A stretch of 64,000 nt of DNA from Paramoeba atlantica (Eukaryota; Protista; Discosea): contig CDRNVI010000148.1 of the NCBI GenBank assembly GCA_977017575.1, positions 124,001 through 188,000 on the forward strand. The letters run 5' to 3'. Under the pieces are notes generated by a model that saw nothing but the letters and a program-made list of their open reading frames with translations, was not told the origin of the DNA and made no database searches. This document shows, piece by piece, positions 12,208 through 23,117 of the stretch. Each line of letters begins with the position of its first letter. Positions within the stretch are counted from its first letter, which is position 1. A program made the translations under genes and the position numbers.

Positions 12208-14947
12208 ATGTTTTGTTTGTTTCGTCGAGCGGGTTCCATTTGGGAAAGAAGAGTTTCTTCTCGAGGTTTTTTCTCTCTTTTTTTTTTTTCTCTTTCTCTT
12301 CTTTCTTTTCTTCTTTCTTTTCTCTTGAACTTTTCAAAAAAGGTTTTTCTGGAATCTCTCTTGCATCACACACAAAACAAATTGAAAATGAAGAGAAAAG
12401 AGAGAAAAAGAAAACTGTTTTCCCTTCCAAGAAGAAAGTTGTTGTGATTGGTGGTGGTGTCATTGGTGGGAGGTTTCCTCTCTTTCTTTTTTTTTGCTTT
12501 TGGAAAGAGAGAAAAGAGAGAGGAAAGAAAAAGAGAAAGATAGAAAAAGAGGGAAAAAAGAAAGATTCAAAAAATATTAAAAAATAGTGTGGCTTATCAC
12601 TTGGGAAAGAAAGGATGGGGAGAAGATGTTCTTCTTCTTGAAAGAGCTTCTCTTACAAGCGGAACAACTTGGTTTTTCTTTCATTTTTATTTTTCTCTTT
12701 TTTTCTTGTTGTTATTATTTGGAATTTTTGATACATTTTTCAATTTTGATTTTATTTTATTTTATTTTTGAAATGAATTTTCTTGTTGTAATGTTTTTTG
12801 AGAGTTCTGTTTTATTGTCCAGCAAAGAAAAGATTTATAAAGAAAATGATTTTCTTTTTCTCATTTCTTTTCTCTTTCTTTTTAATGATTTCAAATATTT
12901 ATTGAAAGAAAAGAAAATCAAAAATTGACTTTATTTTTATTTCTTTTCTTGAGGCACGCAGCTGGGTTAATTGGCCAGTTAAGGGGAAGTGAAGAAGAGG
13001 TTCTTTTTGCTTTTCTGTGTGTATTTAATCAAATAATTTTCCTTAAAAAGAGAGAAATATAAAAAAATAAATAACAGTAAATTATAAAAAAGAAGAATAA
13101 GAAGAATAAGAACAAAGAATAAGAATCAGAATGAAAAGAAAATCCAACCAAAATGAATGTTTTTATTAAAAAAAAAAGTATGTTTAAACAAATCTCAATT
13201 TGAATAAAATATTTAATTTTAAAAACTATTTCTTCATTTAATAAAAATAATCAATTAAAAAATCAACAAAACAGACAAGATTAAGTAAATATGGAGCAGA
13301 ATTATATTCTCGTTTGGAAGAAGAAACAGGTTCTGTTTTAATGTTGTTCTTTTTGTTTTTTTTTAATAATTATTGAAAACCATTTTTTTATTTCATTAAA
13401 TAAAAATAATAAAATAAAAGGATTAAAATAAGAATAATAAAATAAAAGAATAAAATAATAATAAAATAAAAATCAACTTTTAAAAGGTTATGCCACCGGT
13501 TTTCGACAGTCTGGAAGTCTTACTGTTGCTCGAACTCCTGGTTTTTTTGTTTTTTCTTCTCCCTCTTCTTCTCTTCTTCTCTTCTTCTTTCTTCTCTTCT
13601 TTTTCTTTTCTCTTTTTCTTTTCTCTTCTTCTTCTCTCTTCTCAATTTTTTATAGAAAGAATGGAACAATTGAAAGTGACTGCTGCGAGAGCGAATAGTT
13701 TTCAAATTCCAAATCAGATTTGGTCACAAGAAGAGGTTCTTTTTTTGATGTGTTTTTTTTCTCTCTTTCTTCTTCAGTTTAGCTTTGTTTCACCTCTTTC
13801 TTTCTCTCTTCTCTCTCTCTCTCTCTTTTTTTAGATTGAAGAACGATATCCTCTTATCAGAACTGATGATCTATGTTCTTTTTTCTCTCTTTTTCTTTTT
13901 TTTTTTCATTTTCTTTTTGTTGATCTTTCTTTTCAAAAAAGTGGGCGGACTTTGGTTACCAGAAGATGGTACAGCGACGAGTTCTGATTGTACAATGGCA
14001 ATGATTTCTGGAGCAAGACAACAAGGCGTCAAAGTCATGGAGGTTTTTTTTCTTCATTTTCTTTTTCTTTTTTTTTTGTTCGACTCTATTTCTCCTTTTG
14101 AGAAGAAGAAGTTGTTAATATTCTCAAAAAAAGGGTTTTGAAGTTGTTGATTTTGAGATCAATAAATCTTCTCTTCCTCCTAAAATCTCAGGTTTCTTCC
14201 TTTTCTTTTTCTTTCTCATTCCTTCACTGATTTCCTTTCTTTTCTTCTTTCTCTTCTTCAGGTGTCTATATCCAACCTCGCGGGACATCTGATCGAATTT
14301 TTATGGAATGTGATGTTGTTGTGAATTGTGCTGGACAGGTACCCCTTTCTTTTTCTTTTCTCTCTTTTCTCTCTTTTCTCTCTTTTCTCTTTTCTTTCTT
14401 TCAAAACTTACAATGATTTAGTGGGCACGTGACCTTTACGCCAAAGCTGGGATATTTGTCCCTCTTTATTCTGCACAACATTATTATATTGTCTCCAAAC
14501 CAATTTCAAAATCTCTCGCTTCTCAAGCACAAGAGAGAGACAAACGCTCTTTTTTGGTGGAGAAGAGAGAAGGAGGAGAGAGAGAGAGAGAAGAAATGGT
14601 GGGAGAGAAGGGGGTTTCGGGTTGGTATCCTTTGTTGAGAGATCCGGATGGTTTTCAATATGCTCGAGAATGGAGTGGTGGTTTGTTGGTTGGTTGTTTT
14701 GAAAATAATGCCTTGTAAGTTATTTTTATTGTTCTTAAAAAAGAGAAGAGAAAATAAAATTAGAAAGAGAGAAGGAGATGAAGGAAGAGAGATTGAAATT
14801 TTGACACAATATTTTTGCAGACCAGCATATCCAGATGGAACTCCTGTTCCGTGTGACACCGAATTTTCTCTTTTTGACTTTGATTGGGATCATTTTTCCC
14901 CAATGATGGAGGTATGTTGTCAACAGACCAAGAAAAGGGGAAAAAAG

Positions 14948-14978
<31 letters not shown>

Positions 14979-17900
14979 AAAACTAATTATATTCTGACAG
15001 CAAGCGCTCCATAGATTTCCTGTGCTGGAAAATGTCGAAATTCGTGATACTGTAAATGGTCCTGAGAGTTTTACTGCTGATAATAGATACATTCTTGGTG
15101 AAGCTCCCAATCTCTCTGGTTTTTATGTTGCTGCTGGTTTGCTCACTTTTTTGAGATTCTACTAATAATATTAACTATTGTTTTTATTCTCTTTTTCTTT
15201 TTTTTTTTGTAAACATGACGATCTAGTTCGAAAATATTCTCATAAAAGAATATTGGTTCTGATTTTTTTAAAAAAAATAGGGTTTAACAGTAGTGGGATA
15301 GCGAGTGCCCCTGGAGCTGGGAAGATGATGGCTGAGTGGATTACTGCTGGTGTTCCTGAAAAGTTTTTTATTTTTTAAGAAAATTATTTTTGTTTTTTGT
15401 TCATTTTTCTTTGCTTTGATCAGTAGAATAATAATATCTTCTTTTTTTTTTGTTTGCAGAGATGTTTGGGCTGTCGATTTGAGGAGATTTTCTGACTTCC
15501 ATTGCAACACCCGATTTCTTCGAGAAAGAGGTTCTCTTTTTTCTCTATTTTCTGGATTTACTCTCTTCTCTTCTCTTACTTTTTTCTTTTTTAGCTGTCG
15601 AGAGTCTGGGGCTCCACTACGCAGTCAATTGGCCACGTCTGGAATCAACTTCTGCGAGAGGAGTGAGAAGAAGTCCCTTTTATAATATTCTAAAAGAGAA
15701 AGGAGCCGTATTTGGAGCGTCGAATGGATGGGAAAGACCTCTTTATTTTGATCAGGAGAATCCAAATATCCAATACAGGTTCTCTTCTCTTCTCTTCTCT
15801 TTTCTATTTGATGGAAAATAATTTGTGAAAAGTGTTTTTTGAATTGTTCTTCTTCTCCTCTCTCTTTCTCCTCTCTGTCTAAGTTTTACTCGCCCTGCCT
15901 GGATCGATAAAGTCGCAAAAGAACACACTCACACTCGCTCTTCTGTCTCCCTCTTTGATCAAAGTTCTCTCTCCAAGGTCCCTCTTTTTCAATTTCTTTT
16001 CTTTTATTTCTATTAGAAACCCCTCCTCTTTCTCTGTTCTCTTTCAATTAAACACAAAAAAAAAATTAGTATCTTATCCAAGGAAAAGGAGCTGAAGAAT
16101 TTTTAGAATATTTGTGTGCAAATCGAGTTGGAGGTCCGGTTGGAAAAGTTGCCTTTAGCCAAATGCTTGATTCACAAGGGAAAATTCAAGGGTTAGTGAG
16201 AAAACAGAAGAAAAGAAAGAGAGAGAGGAAAGTAAAGAATTCAAGAATTTGTTTCTTAATTTTGAATAGGGATTTAACCATCACCAAATTGAGCGATTCC
16301 AAATTTCTAGGTTTTCTTTTTGAATTATTTTCTCCTTTTTTATTATCCTTTTCCCATCTCAGCCAACAAAAGAGAGGATTACATAAGATTTTTTCTCATT
16401 TTCTCTCTCTTTTTCAGCATTCAGTGGATCAACTCAAACAACACGAGATTTACAATGGATGAACTCACATTTGGTTTGTTTTTTGAAAAATTGTTCTCCA
16501 AATCCAAAAGTAACAGGACATTTTTATTCAAGGCGAAGACAAAGTACCAAGAAAATGTGACAATCACCGATTTCTCGTCAGCTTTGTCTGTTTTAAGTGT
16601 TATGGGCCCTCATTCACGGTCACCATTTATTTCAACTTTTCTATTGAAATTTTACCAAATCTCTCTTCCACTTTGAAATAGAAAACTTCTTGAAGCGGGA
16701 AGTCCCTCGGTCGATTTTTCAAACTCTTCGTTTCCTTTTTTTCGCTCAAAAGAAATCGAATTTGGGTTTCTCTTTTTTCTCTTCCTCTCTCTTTCCTATT
16801 CAAACTCTTAATTTCAAATAGATATGGAAGAGTAATTGCAAATAGAATGTCATATGTTGGTGAACTTGGATGGGAACTTTACATCCCTTCTGAAATGGCA
16901 CCTGGTAATTCTTTCCTTCCCCCCTAAAACGAATTTCAAATTTTCATTTTTACACCCACTTGATTTTTCTGATAAACAGGTGTTTATGAGTATTTGTGGG
17001 AAATTTCCAAAAGGGAGAATATTGATCTCTTGGATTCCGGATATTATGCCCTGGATTCTCTTCGAATTGAGAAGGTATCACCACAATACCAAATCTTCCA
17101 CACCAAACAAAACACTTGAATTTGGTGATCTTTTCATCAAATCCCCGATAGTATAGTTGGCAAAATCCCCGCCTGTCACGCGGGAGTCCCGGGTTCGATT
17201 CCCGGTCGGGGAGGATTTTTTTTCTCATTTTTTTTCATTTTTTTCTAAATTCATTTTTCTTTTTCTTTGCAAAGGGTTACACAGCTTGGGGTCGTGATTG
17301 TTCTGCGAATGATACTCCTTTTGAGGTTAAAAAGCTTCTCTTTGTGTTCTTTACATTTTTTTTTTGAATCAAAAAGACAGGTTGGGACGGACAAATTTAT
17401 CAAATGGAACTCAAATCTTGATTTTATTGGAAAAGAAGCTGTTTTGAAACTTCGATCTCAATCACCAGAAAGGTTTCGTCTCTCTCTCTTGTTATGATTC
17501 TTATTCTGCATGGCCTTTGCTTCAGAGGAAAAGAAAGAAAAAGAAAAAGTTTCTTTCCTGATTCGTGTTCACAGACAATTGCTCTCTTTCAAGCTCGAAA
17601 AACCACAATTCTTTCCGCTTGGTTCTGAACCCATTTTTCGGTTTCCATTTTTTTCCATTTCTCTTTTGTGAATTGGAACAATTTTTGATCTCTTTCTTGG
17701 GCAGAAATGGTCTCATGGTTGGGTATTTAACTTCAAGTGCTTGGAGCCCAACTTTTGGTTTCAAAACTTTCTTTCTTTTGAATTTGTTTTCCAAAAATTA
17801 AAATTATGTTTTGTTTCAAAGATGTGGCAATTGCGTTGGGCTCAGTCGATTTCTCTTCTTCTGTCCTTGAAGAAGGAGAAAATGATCATTGGGAAATTCA

Positions 17901-18042
17901 AAGCATTGAAGGAAAGGCAAAGGTATTTTTAAAATTGTAAATTCTTTTGTTAGATATGATGATTAATCAATTCTTAACTCACAAGGTAATTCCATCTCTT
18001 GGACCTCTTTTTGACCCAAAAGGAACAAAATTGAGAGGATAA
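12208..18042 (+). CDS. Dimethylglycine/sarcosine dehydrogenase-like FAD oxidoreductase (GcvT family), probably mitochondrial, >20 exons
   Basis: VVVIGGGVIG, LERASLTSGTTW|HAAGLIGQLR, LRDPDGFQYAREWSGGLL, VNGPESFTADNRYILGE, FGASNGWERPLYF, SLRIEK|GYTAWG and C-terminal PLFDPKGTKLRG*. The Arg-rich N-terminus resembles a presequence. Confidence 0.9.
17142..17213 (+). tRNA. trnD-GTC: tRNA-Asp(GTC), nested in an intron (17075-17274) of the oxidoreductase gene
   Basis: Acceptor stem TCCCCGA/TCGGGGA, anticodon arm CCCGC-CTGTCAC-GCGGG, T arm CCGGG-TTCGATT-CCCGG, discriminator G, followed by an oligo-T Pol III terminator. Confidence 0.95.
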
Positions 18043-18330
18043 AGAAGAAAAAGGTGAAATAGTCAAAATGATAACTCCCACCAAAGGTGGAAAAGGAATT
18101 GATTCCTTGAGAAAACAAAAATCAAAATGACACTAAGAATTTGAAATAAAAAATGGTATCCTGATCTGAAGAATGAACTTTTTAAGGGACAGAGTTATTT
18201 TGCGGTTTGTTAGGCAACTTTCACACAAAGAAGTGGAGATTTAAGTTGTGGGAAAAAAAAAAGAAATCCACTTCAATAATATTTTCCCACAACTCAATTG
18301 TCTCTTTCTTGTTTTTCCTATTTCTCTCAT

Positions 18331-19462
18331 TCATTCTTTTTTGGCTGGTTTGATATTGGCTCCGTTCTGTCAAAAAAAAAAACTTTGAACAAGGAAAAAG
18401 AATATTGAAACAAAAATATCAAACCCTTTCTTGAAATGTTTTTATCAGTTCAACAATTCTTTCATCTCTTGCAACATCAAAGACGGTCCGTCCCTTCTTT
18501 ACAAAAAGAAGTTAAACAACATATCATACAACCATCTCACCCTCCCCATCACATCAAAACAACCAATAACAACCAACAGCAAAGAAAAAATAAAAACAAA
18601 GAAAGAGAAAAAGAAAATCAAAAACATTATCTTGAAGATCAATGTTGGCGCCATGTTCCAAAAGAATTTTCACAATTCCTTCAGAACCTCTGAAAGCAGC
18701 TATGTGAAGAGCAGTCACTCCTTGCTTAACAAAAAGAAATTGTGAAAAGAAAAACCAAAATAAATCTCACAACCATCACACAGCGTAGGCATCCAAGAAT
18801 AAACCACAACAAAGAAAATGGGAAAACAAAGAAGAAGAAAAAGAAAATCAAAACATTCGTTTGAAGATGAACGTTGGATCCATGTCCAAGAAGAATTTTC
18901 ACAATTTCTTCAAAATCTTTTCTAAGAAACTCTTTGGCAGCAGCAAAGTGAAGAGCAGCCCACCCTTCCTTCACAAAAAGAAATTTTAAAAAAAGAACAA
19001 CAATAAATACCAATCACAACAATAAATACCAATCACAACAATAAATACCAATCACAACAATAAATACCAATCACAACCATCACCATCAAAACAAACAATA
19101 CAAAAAAGAAAATCAAAACAGCATCTGGAAGCTCAAGAGCGGCGCCATGTTCAATCAGAATTTTCACAAGATTTTTAAAACCTCTGTTCACAGCTTTGTG
19201 AAGAGCGGTCCGTCCAAAAGGCTGAACAAAAAAGAAACAAACTCAAAAAATAACGAAGAGAAAGAAAGAAAGGGAATCGAAGAAAAAAGGAAAAAGAAAG
19301 AAAAAGAAAAAAAAAAAAAGAGAAAACCTCGAATTTGAAGTTAATATCAAGTTTTTGATTTTTGTTTTCAAGAAGAATTTTGACAGTTGCTTCTAGTCCT
19401 TTCTCAACAGCATCAAAAAGCTTCTTGCTTTCTAATCTCTTTTCTTTTTCTTCTTCTGCCAT
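18331..19462 (-). CDS. Small ankyrin-repeat protein, about one repeat per exon, ends NIKPAKKE*
   Basis: Exons: MAEEEKEKRLESKKLFDAVEKG..., PFGRTALHKAVNRG..., EGWAALHFAAAK..., QGVTALHIAAFRG..., KGRTVFDVA..., NGANIKPAKKE*. All splice in phase 0. Confidence 0.85.
19002..19077 (+). repeat. Intronic minisatellite, 4 x 19 bp (AATAAATACCAATCACAAC)
   Basis: Four perfect head-to-tail copies with no spacers. Confidence 0.95.
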
Positions 19463-19814
19463 CTTTCTTTTCTCGATTTTGTGTGTGGTGTGTTAACCTC
19501 GAGAGCACAGAGCCAACCAAAAGCGGTCAAGATCCCCTCCTCCCTCGAGAGAGAATGCAATTCGACTTTGAGAAAATGTGAAAAAAAACACCTCAAACAA
19601 AAAGATTAGCGCTAAATCTAGCGCAGCAGAATATTTCCCCCAAATTTGGGAATTTCTTGTTTGTTTCCGTTCCTATTTCTTGTTGGGTGCGCTCTCCCTC
19701 TTTCGCAAACCCTGATTGACCGAGCCCCTTGATCTTTGGGTGTTTCCCCACCCTTCCAAACATTTGGTCCTTTTTCCTCCCAAAAACAAAACCCATTTTT
19801 TTTGAGGCGAGAAA

Positions 19815-20921
19815 ATGGCTGACAGAAAGAACTCTCTTCTCTTTTTTCTTCCCTTTCTTTTTCTCCAATTCTCGTTAATTCAATCCAATTCCCCTTTCAA
19901 TCTCACTCGTTGCCGAGCTCGCTATCCAATTCAAAACCCTCTTCTCAGTGTTGTTTTTACAACACAGGGTGGAACTTTCGGAGAACTTACTACTAAGTCC
20001 GCCACTGACGAAGCCAAGCGATCAGGAAGAAACACAATTCGATTCCTTCGTCAAATCTGGTGGCTCACTGAATGTGCCAAGCGATACAATGTCCCAATGG
20101 AAATTGTTGTTGTTGATTGGCCTGTGGAAGACGAGACCCCAGAGCGTGAACGAATTCTGAAAGCTCTTCAAAGGGAGAATGAAACGATTCCCAATTCTGT
20201 TCAACAACTTCGGATTCTCGAAGCTCCTCCCGAGTTTACAAAATTATCTCCTCCCTCTCTCCCAGTTTTGGAGTATGCAGGGAAAAACGTTGCAGCAAAG
20301 AGGTCCTTTGGGAAGTTTATTTTATTGGGTGGGACTGACTCCCTTCCACATGAAGGTATCTTTCAGTTTATTTCACAATATCCAGAGAATATCACAGGAT
20401 GTATTGGCGCATACAGACAAATTTTAATGGAGGGAACATTCCCACCACATCCTTGGGATTTTCGCGAGTTCATTGGCTGGCGAGATTCAAACGAAAGAAA
20501 ATGGAAATCGTCTGAGCCCAACCCAAAACCTACAAAATATAATTCCACAGCCCCTCCTTTTCCAATTCTCTCGGAGACAGGACATTGGAATGCAGGAGGG
20601 GATTTTACATTGTGTACTCGCCCAGCTCTCGAAGCTTTTAAGGGTTACCCAGAGGGACCATTTCGAATGCATGTGGACTCTGCATTATTCAAGCTTGCAA
20701 GAATGTGTTCTGTTCCACTCAAAGTGTTTCATCCCTCTCTTTCATGTTTTCATCAACCACATGGGAAAACAATTTCTCGTCCACATGCAATTTCAATGGC
20801 CAAACTGAAAAACTGTCCAAGCCCTCATCAGTCCTGGGGGTTCCCAAACAAAATTCTCAGTGAATTTCTATTTTCTAATGGGAAGAAACAACACTTTCCA
20901 AATAGCTGTATTCCACAGTAA
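19815..20921 (+). CDS. Secretory-pathway glycosyltransferase-like protein (GT-A/GT2-like), paralogue 1
   Basis: 368-aa intronless ORF with an N-terminal hydrophobic segment, LSVVFTT, EIVVVDW, EYAGKNVAAKRSFGKFILL, WNAGGDFTL and CFHQPHG. These resemble GT2-type nucleotide-sugar binding motifs (inference). Confidence 0.6.
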   Translation: MADRKNSLLFFLPFLFLQFSLIQSNSPFNLTRCRARYPIQNPLLSVVFTTQGGTFGELTTKSATDEAKRSGRNTIRFLRQIWWLTECAKRYNVPMEIVVVDWPVEDETPERERILKALQRENETIPNSVQQLRILEAPPEFTKLSPPSLPVLEYAGKNVAAKRSFGKFILLGGTDSLPHEGIFQFISQYPENITGCIGAYRQILMEGTFPPHPWDFREFIGWRDSNERKWKSSEPNPKPTKYNSTAPPFPILSETGHWNAGGDFTLCTRPALEAFKGYPEGPFRMHVDSALFKLARMCSVPLKVFHPSLSCFHQPHGKTISRPHAISMAKLKNCPSPHQSWGFPNKILSEFLFSNGKKQHFPNSCIPQ

Positions 20922-21084
20922 AAAAAAACAAAAGAAAGAAAAAAGAAAAGAAAACGAAAAAACTGAAATGAAACTGAATTTCAACTGACAACTCTCGAAC
21001 CACCACCAACCAACCACTGATTAATTTTTTCCTCCCCCAAAAAAACGCAATTTCTCTCTCTCTTTCGTTCTTTTTGAAAATTTC

Positions 21085-22239
21085 ATGTCGTTCTTCTGTT
21101 TTTCTCTTTTTCGTTGTTCTCTCCCCCCCTTTTTTTTCTCTCTCCTCTTGTTGAGTGGTTTTCCTCTATTTTCTTCTTCCTTCGAATGTCAATCTCGCTA
21201 TCCAATTCAAAACCCTCTTCTCAGTGTTGTTTTTACAACACAAGGTGGGACTTTCGGAGAACTCCCCTCTGATAAACCTGAGCAACTGAAAGCAGGGAGA
21301 AACACTTTCCGGTTCCTTCGTCAAATTTGGTGGCTCACTGAATGTTCCAAGAGATTTAATGTCCCAATGGAAATTGTTGTTGTTGATTGGCCTGTGGAAA
21401 AAGAGACCCCAGAGCGTGAACGAATTCTAAAAGCGCTGGTCAGAGAAAACGAAACGATTCCCAATTCTGTTCAACAACTTCGGATTCTCGAAGCACCCAA
21501 AGAGTTTACAAAGTTATCTGAAAAATCTCTCCCAGTTTTGGAGTACACAGGAAAAAATGTGGGAGCAAGAAGAGCGTTGGGGAAGTTTATTTTATTGGGT
21601 GGGACTGACTCTCTTCCACATGAAGGTATCTTTCAGTTTATTTCACAACATCCAGAGAATATCACAGGATGTATTGGCGCATACAGACAAGTTTACCATG
21701 AAGGATTTTTTCCATCTCGTCCATGGGACTTTCATCAATTTGTTGAATGGCGAGATTCACCAACAACTCAGTGGATTTCGTCCCAAATGAAAGCTAATCC
21801 TCAAGTCTACGATCCTCAAACACCACCAACACCAATCCTCTCCCAAAAACCTCATTGGAATGCAGCAGGAGATTTCACCCTGTGTACGCGTCCTGCTCTT
21901 GCGAAAATCGGTGGTTATCCTGAAACTCCCAATCGAAATCATGTGGATACTGCGTTGCTCAAATATGCAAAGCACTGTTCAGTCAAGTTACAAGTTTTTC
22001 ATCGCTCTCTTTCATGTTTTCATCAACCACACTCAAAAACAGTTTCATCTCCTCACGGAGTCCGCCCCAATTACATAAAAACTTGCCCAAAACCTCATGT
22101 CTGGGGATTTCCAGAAACAAAAATCAAAGAGATTCTCTTTTCCAATGGGAAGAAAGAATTATTCTCAAAAGACTGTGTCCCAAACAATTTCCTTGAACCC
22201 AACGAAGAAATTACAACCACAACCACAACAACCATATGA
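21085..22239 (+). CDS. Glycosyltransferase-like protein, paralogue 2 (tandem duplicate)
   Basis: 384-aa intronless ORF with long blocks identical to 19815-20921 (RYPIQNPLLSVVFTTQGGTFGEL, LGGTDSLPHEGIFQFISQ) and a Thr-rich C-terminus. Confidence 0.6.
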   Translation: MSFFCFSLFRCSLPPFFFSLLLLSGFPLFSSSFECQSRYPIQNPLLSVVFTTQGGTFGELPSDKPEQLKAGRNTFRFLRQIWWLTECSKRFNVPMEIVVVDWPVEKETPERERILKALVRENETIPNSVQQLRILEAPKEFTKLSEKSLPVLEYTGKNVGARRALGKFILLGGTDSLPHEGIFQFISQHPENITGCIGAYRQVYHEGFFPSRPWDFHQFVEWRDSPTTQWISSQMKANPQVYDPQTPPTPILSQKPHWNAAGDFTLCTRPALAKIGGYPETPNRNHVDTALLKYAKHCSVKLQVFHRSLSCFHQPHSKTVSSPHGVRPNYIKTCPKPHVWGFPETKIKEILFSNGKKELFSKDCVPNNFLEPNEEITTTTTTTI

Positions 22240-22776
22240 TTACCTAAAATTCAAAAAACAAAAACTAAAACTAAAAAAGAAAATTATCTTCGAAAGAAAA
22301 ACTCTTCATTCGAACTTATTCAAAAAGGAATTTTGAGGGGGGTTAGGGGGATGAGGTCATTAGCATTCGGCCACAGCAGCACACCCACTCAAAATGTGGG
22401 GGGATGTGTGCGATTTGGTTCTCGAATGTCCCAATTCAAACTCGGTTCTTCGAATATCCAGGATGGGGTGAATATGAGGGAGTGGAAACAAGAGGTTGAA
22501 CAGGATAGTAATCTCTCAATTCCTCGCGATAGTGAAAAGGTTGGGGTTGATGATGAGACCCACCGGAATCACGGCGCTCACCACCATAACGAGATGATTC
22601 CAGAGTTTGGACTGGGAGACGTGACGGAGCATAAAACAAAGGCATAATAAATCGTTAAGATTATGTGTGTAAACGTAAGCCACACAAAAATCTGAAGTTT
22701 GCAGTAATCCTTCTGCGTTCAACTGGTGAACAACGAAAAAAAGAAAAAGAAAAAGAAACGGATGACGTGGATGGAT

Positions 22777-22788
22777 GATGACGTCATC
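22777..22788. promoter_or_regulatory. Candidate bZIP (CRE-like) site, palindrome GATGACGTCATC
   Basis: Perfect 12-bp palindrome ~75 bp upstream of the UBL ATG. A second GATGACGT half-site is at 22761 and another is in the RhoGAP/RBBP5 divergent gap near 27955. Confidence 0.3.
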
Positions 22789-22862
22789 TTTCTTTCACCG
22801 AAATTTCATTTTTCATTTGCCGTTGCAGTGCATTCAAAAGTTTCGAAAAAAGTCTCTTCCTT

Positions 22863-23117
22863 ATGTTTCGTCTCTTCATCAAAATCCTCACCAATGGTGA
22901 GCAAACAGAAACTCTCATCGTGAGCGTCGATGCTGATAAAAAAATTGAAGCATTAAAAGCGATTATTGAGAAAAACGGGGGTCCTCCGGTCCCTCTCCAG
23001 CGCCTGATCTTTGCTGGAAGAGAGCTTTTGAACGAAGACAAAGTTTCTGACTATCTTATCAAAGAATCGACAATCCATTTAGTAATTCAGCAAGGCCCAA
23101 AATCGGCAGTGAAATAG
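22863..23117 (+). CDS. Ubiquitin-like domain protein without a terminal diglycine (possible second exon 23194-23322)
   Basis: MFRLFIKILT...IEALKAIIEKNGGPPVPLQRLIFAGRELL...DYLIKESTIHLV is a ubiquitin fold signature. A possible phase-0 intron at 23109-23193 would extend it to ...GKKKRCG*. Confidence 0.8.
   Translation: MFRLFIKILTNGEQTETLIVSVDADKKIEALKAIIEKNGGPPVPLQRLIFAGRELLNEDKVSDYLIKESTIHLVIQQGPKSAVK

Noticed and set aside
19002-19077. Direct repeats as a CRISPR-like array
   Set aside because: Head-to-tail with no spacers, inside a eukaryotic intron, and no cas genes. The same applies to the 54.5 and 56.0 kb arrays.
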